From Podarcis melisellensis (lineage: Eukaryota), in NCBI GenBank assembly GCA_964234715.1, contig OZ174275.1: a stretch of DNA of 64,000 nucleotides. One strand, given 5' to 3'. Shown piece by piece: positions 62,631 to 64,000 of the stretch; position 1 is the stretch's first letter, and every line of letters starts with the position of its first letter. The notes beneath the pieces were generated by a model that saw nothing but the letters and a program-made list of their open reading frames with translations, searched no databases and was not told where the DNA came from. Position numbers and translations under genes: made by a program.

Positions 62631-63260
62631 AACTGAATTTGGAATGGGCGTCTAAAATCATTTTACTGGATTTGAAAGGCTAGGGTGGAGAGAGAGGCGC
62701 TGTAAAATACTAACACGGGGAAAGACATTTGCAGTTTTTGTTTCTTCCATATTTTGGAGAACTGCAGGCAACCGCACAACCCTCGCCCCCCCATTCATTT
62801 GTTTTATCTCACCTGCAGTTTGTGAACAGCCTGAACAGCTTGAACTTAGAAGTTTTGAGCGGCTGCAGCTGTGTGTAGTAACTTGCACTGCTTGGCAAAT
62901 CCAAGCAGCTGTGTCACCTACCAGTTGCTGCTCCATAATAAGAAGTTAATACCAGTCCATACAGTTTTACCAGTGTGGCTGGCTCTGGAGAAAGGAGCCT
63001 TTCTGGGCAGCCACAAAGATAAAGAAGATCCAGTGCTACACCTGCCATGTCTCTGATACCTGTGTTGTGCACTAGCAATTTTGTCACTGGAGGCAAATAA
63101 CATGCCCTTGTGCTGTTACAGCCTCCTAGCACTTCTTGCAAGATCATTGTTTGTGGAAAGCAAACTGCTGGCACAGCAGTTATTGCACACCACCCACCCT
63201 AAACATTTATTTCCCAGTGCAATGGCTCATAGGATTAAGGTGGGAAAAGAAAATATATTA

Positions 63261-63299
63261 ACAAACAAACAAACAAACAAACAAACAAACAAACAAACA
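63261..63299. repeat. (AAAC)n microsatellite
   Basis: Seen directly. Confidence 0.9.
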
Positions 63300-64000
63300 C
63301 AGTGGATTGAACTTTCTTATTTTTAAACCTTTGCAACATAACCTGCCAGCATGGCACTTTTTCAACTTTTATTTTAGGAAACCCTGTTCCTCGAAGGCTG
63401 CCATGAGCTTTTCAGGGGGAAGGCCTATAACAAGAGGGCCAACGTCAGCTTGCCCACAATTAGAGTGCGGAGCTGGGTGTTGTCTAGGGTGCACTGTCTG
63501 TTCATGCCAGGCCAAGTGCACTGTTGAATTGGATGTGCACCCTAGAACATGCCCTGGACCCCCCTTTTTTTTGCAAGGCCACGGGCTTACAGAGCATATA
63601 TGCAGGGGTAGCCGAATAAAAGGTAGAAAAAGTTTCTGCATGGTAGACAGTTGGAAAACCACTCCTGCCATTTATACAGTTGACCTCATATTGCCTCCAT
63701 TGCTCCTGTTTTGTTTTGCTATGTGTATTGCTAAGTTGCTAGGCAGTTTTTATTGTTAACAGTGCTCTAAGTATTAGTGGCAACAAGTTGGTTTTCTCCC
63801 GACACAACTGAATCCTGCAGTGTTACTTGAATAGCTGACACAGCTACTGAGCTCTTCACATCCTTTTATGGCTGGGTTCATTTACTTCCAAGTTCCACTT
63901 TGGATTTTTTTTTCTATTTTATTTCTTATTTGCCTTGAAGGGATTGCTTTAGAACAGGCTACCTCCTCCTGCCCTGGAATACATTGGAAATCCTTTGTAT

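Overview
Vertebrate genomic DNA. The SINE and MITE families point to a squamate, probably a lacertid lizard (inference). The window holds almost all of BIN1 (bridging integrator 1 / amphiphysin 2) on the + strand. Coding exons homologous to human exons 2-20 were each placed by GT-AG boundaries, phase continuity and translation; exon 1 lies upstream of the window. Human numbering and sequences are recalled, not aligned. The main unexpected feature is that the exon 16 homolog (last exon of the neuronal CLAP/endocytic insert) occurs twice in tandem, at 49516-49635 and 52958-53077. Both copies are intact, in frame and have identical splice signals. They differ by only two substitutions, both amino-acid changing. 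The duplicated segment is near-identical close to the exon but diverged and broken by indels further out, and copy B begins next to an L1 remnant. Intron 13 also contains a candidate unannotated in-frame exon (42171-42224 or 42251) encoding a PxxPxR SH3-ligand motif. The rest of the intronic sequence is SINEs, hAT and Tc1/mariner-type MITEs, an L1 fragment and microsatellites. Most ORFs in the supplied track are spurious.
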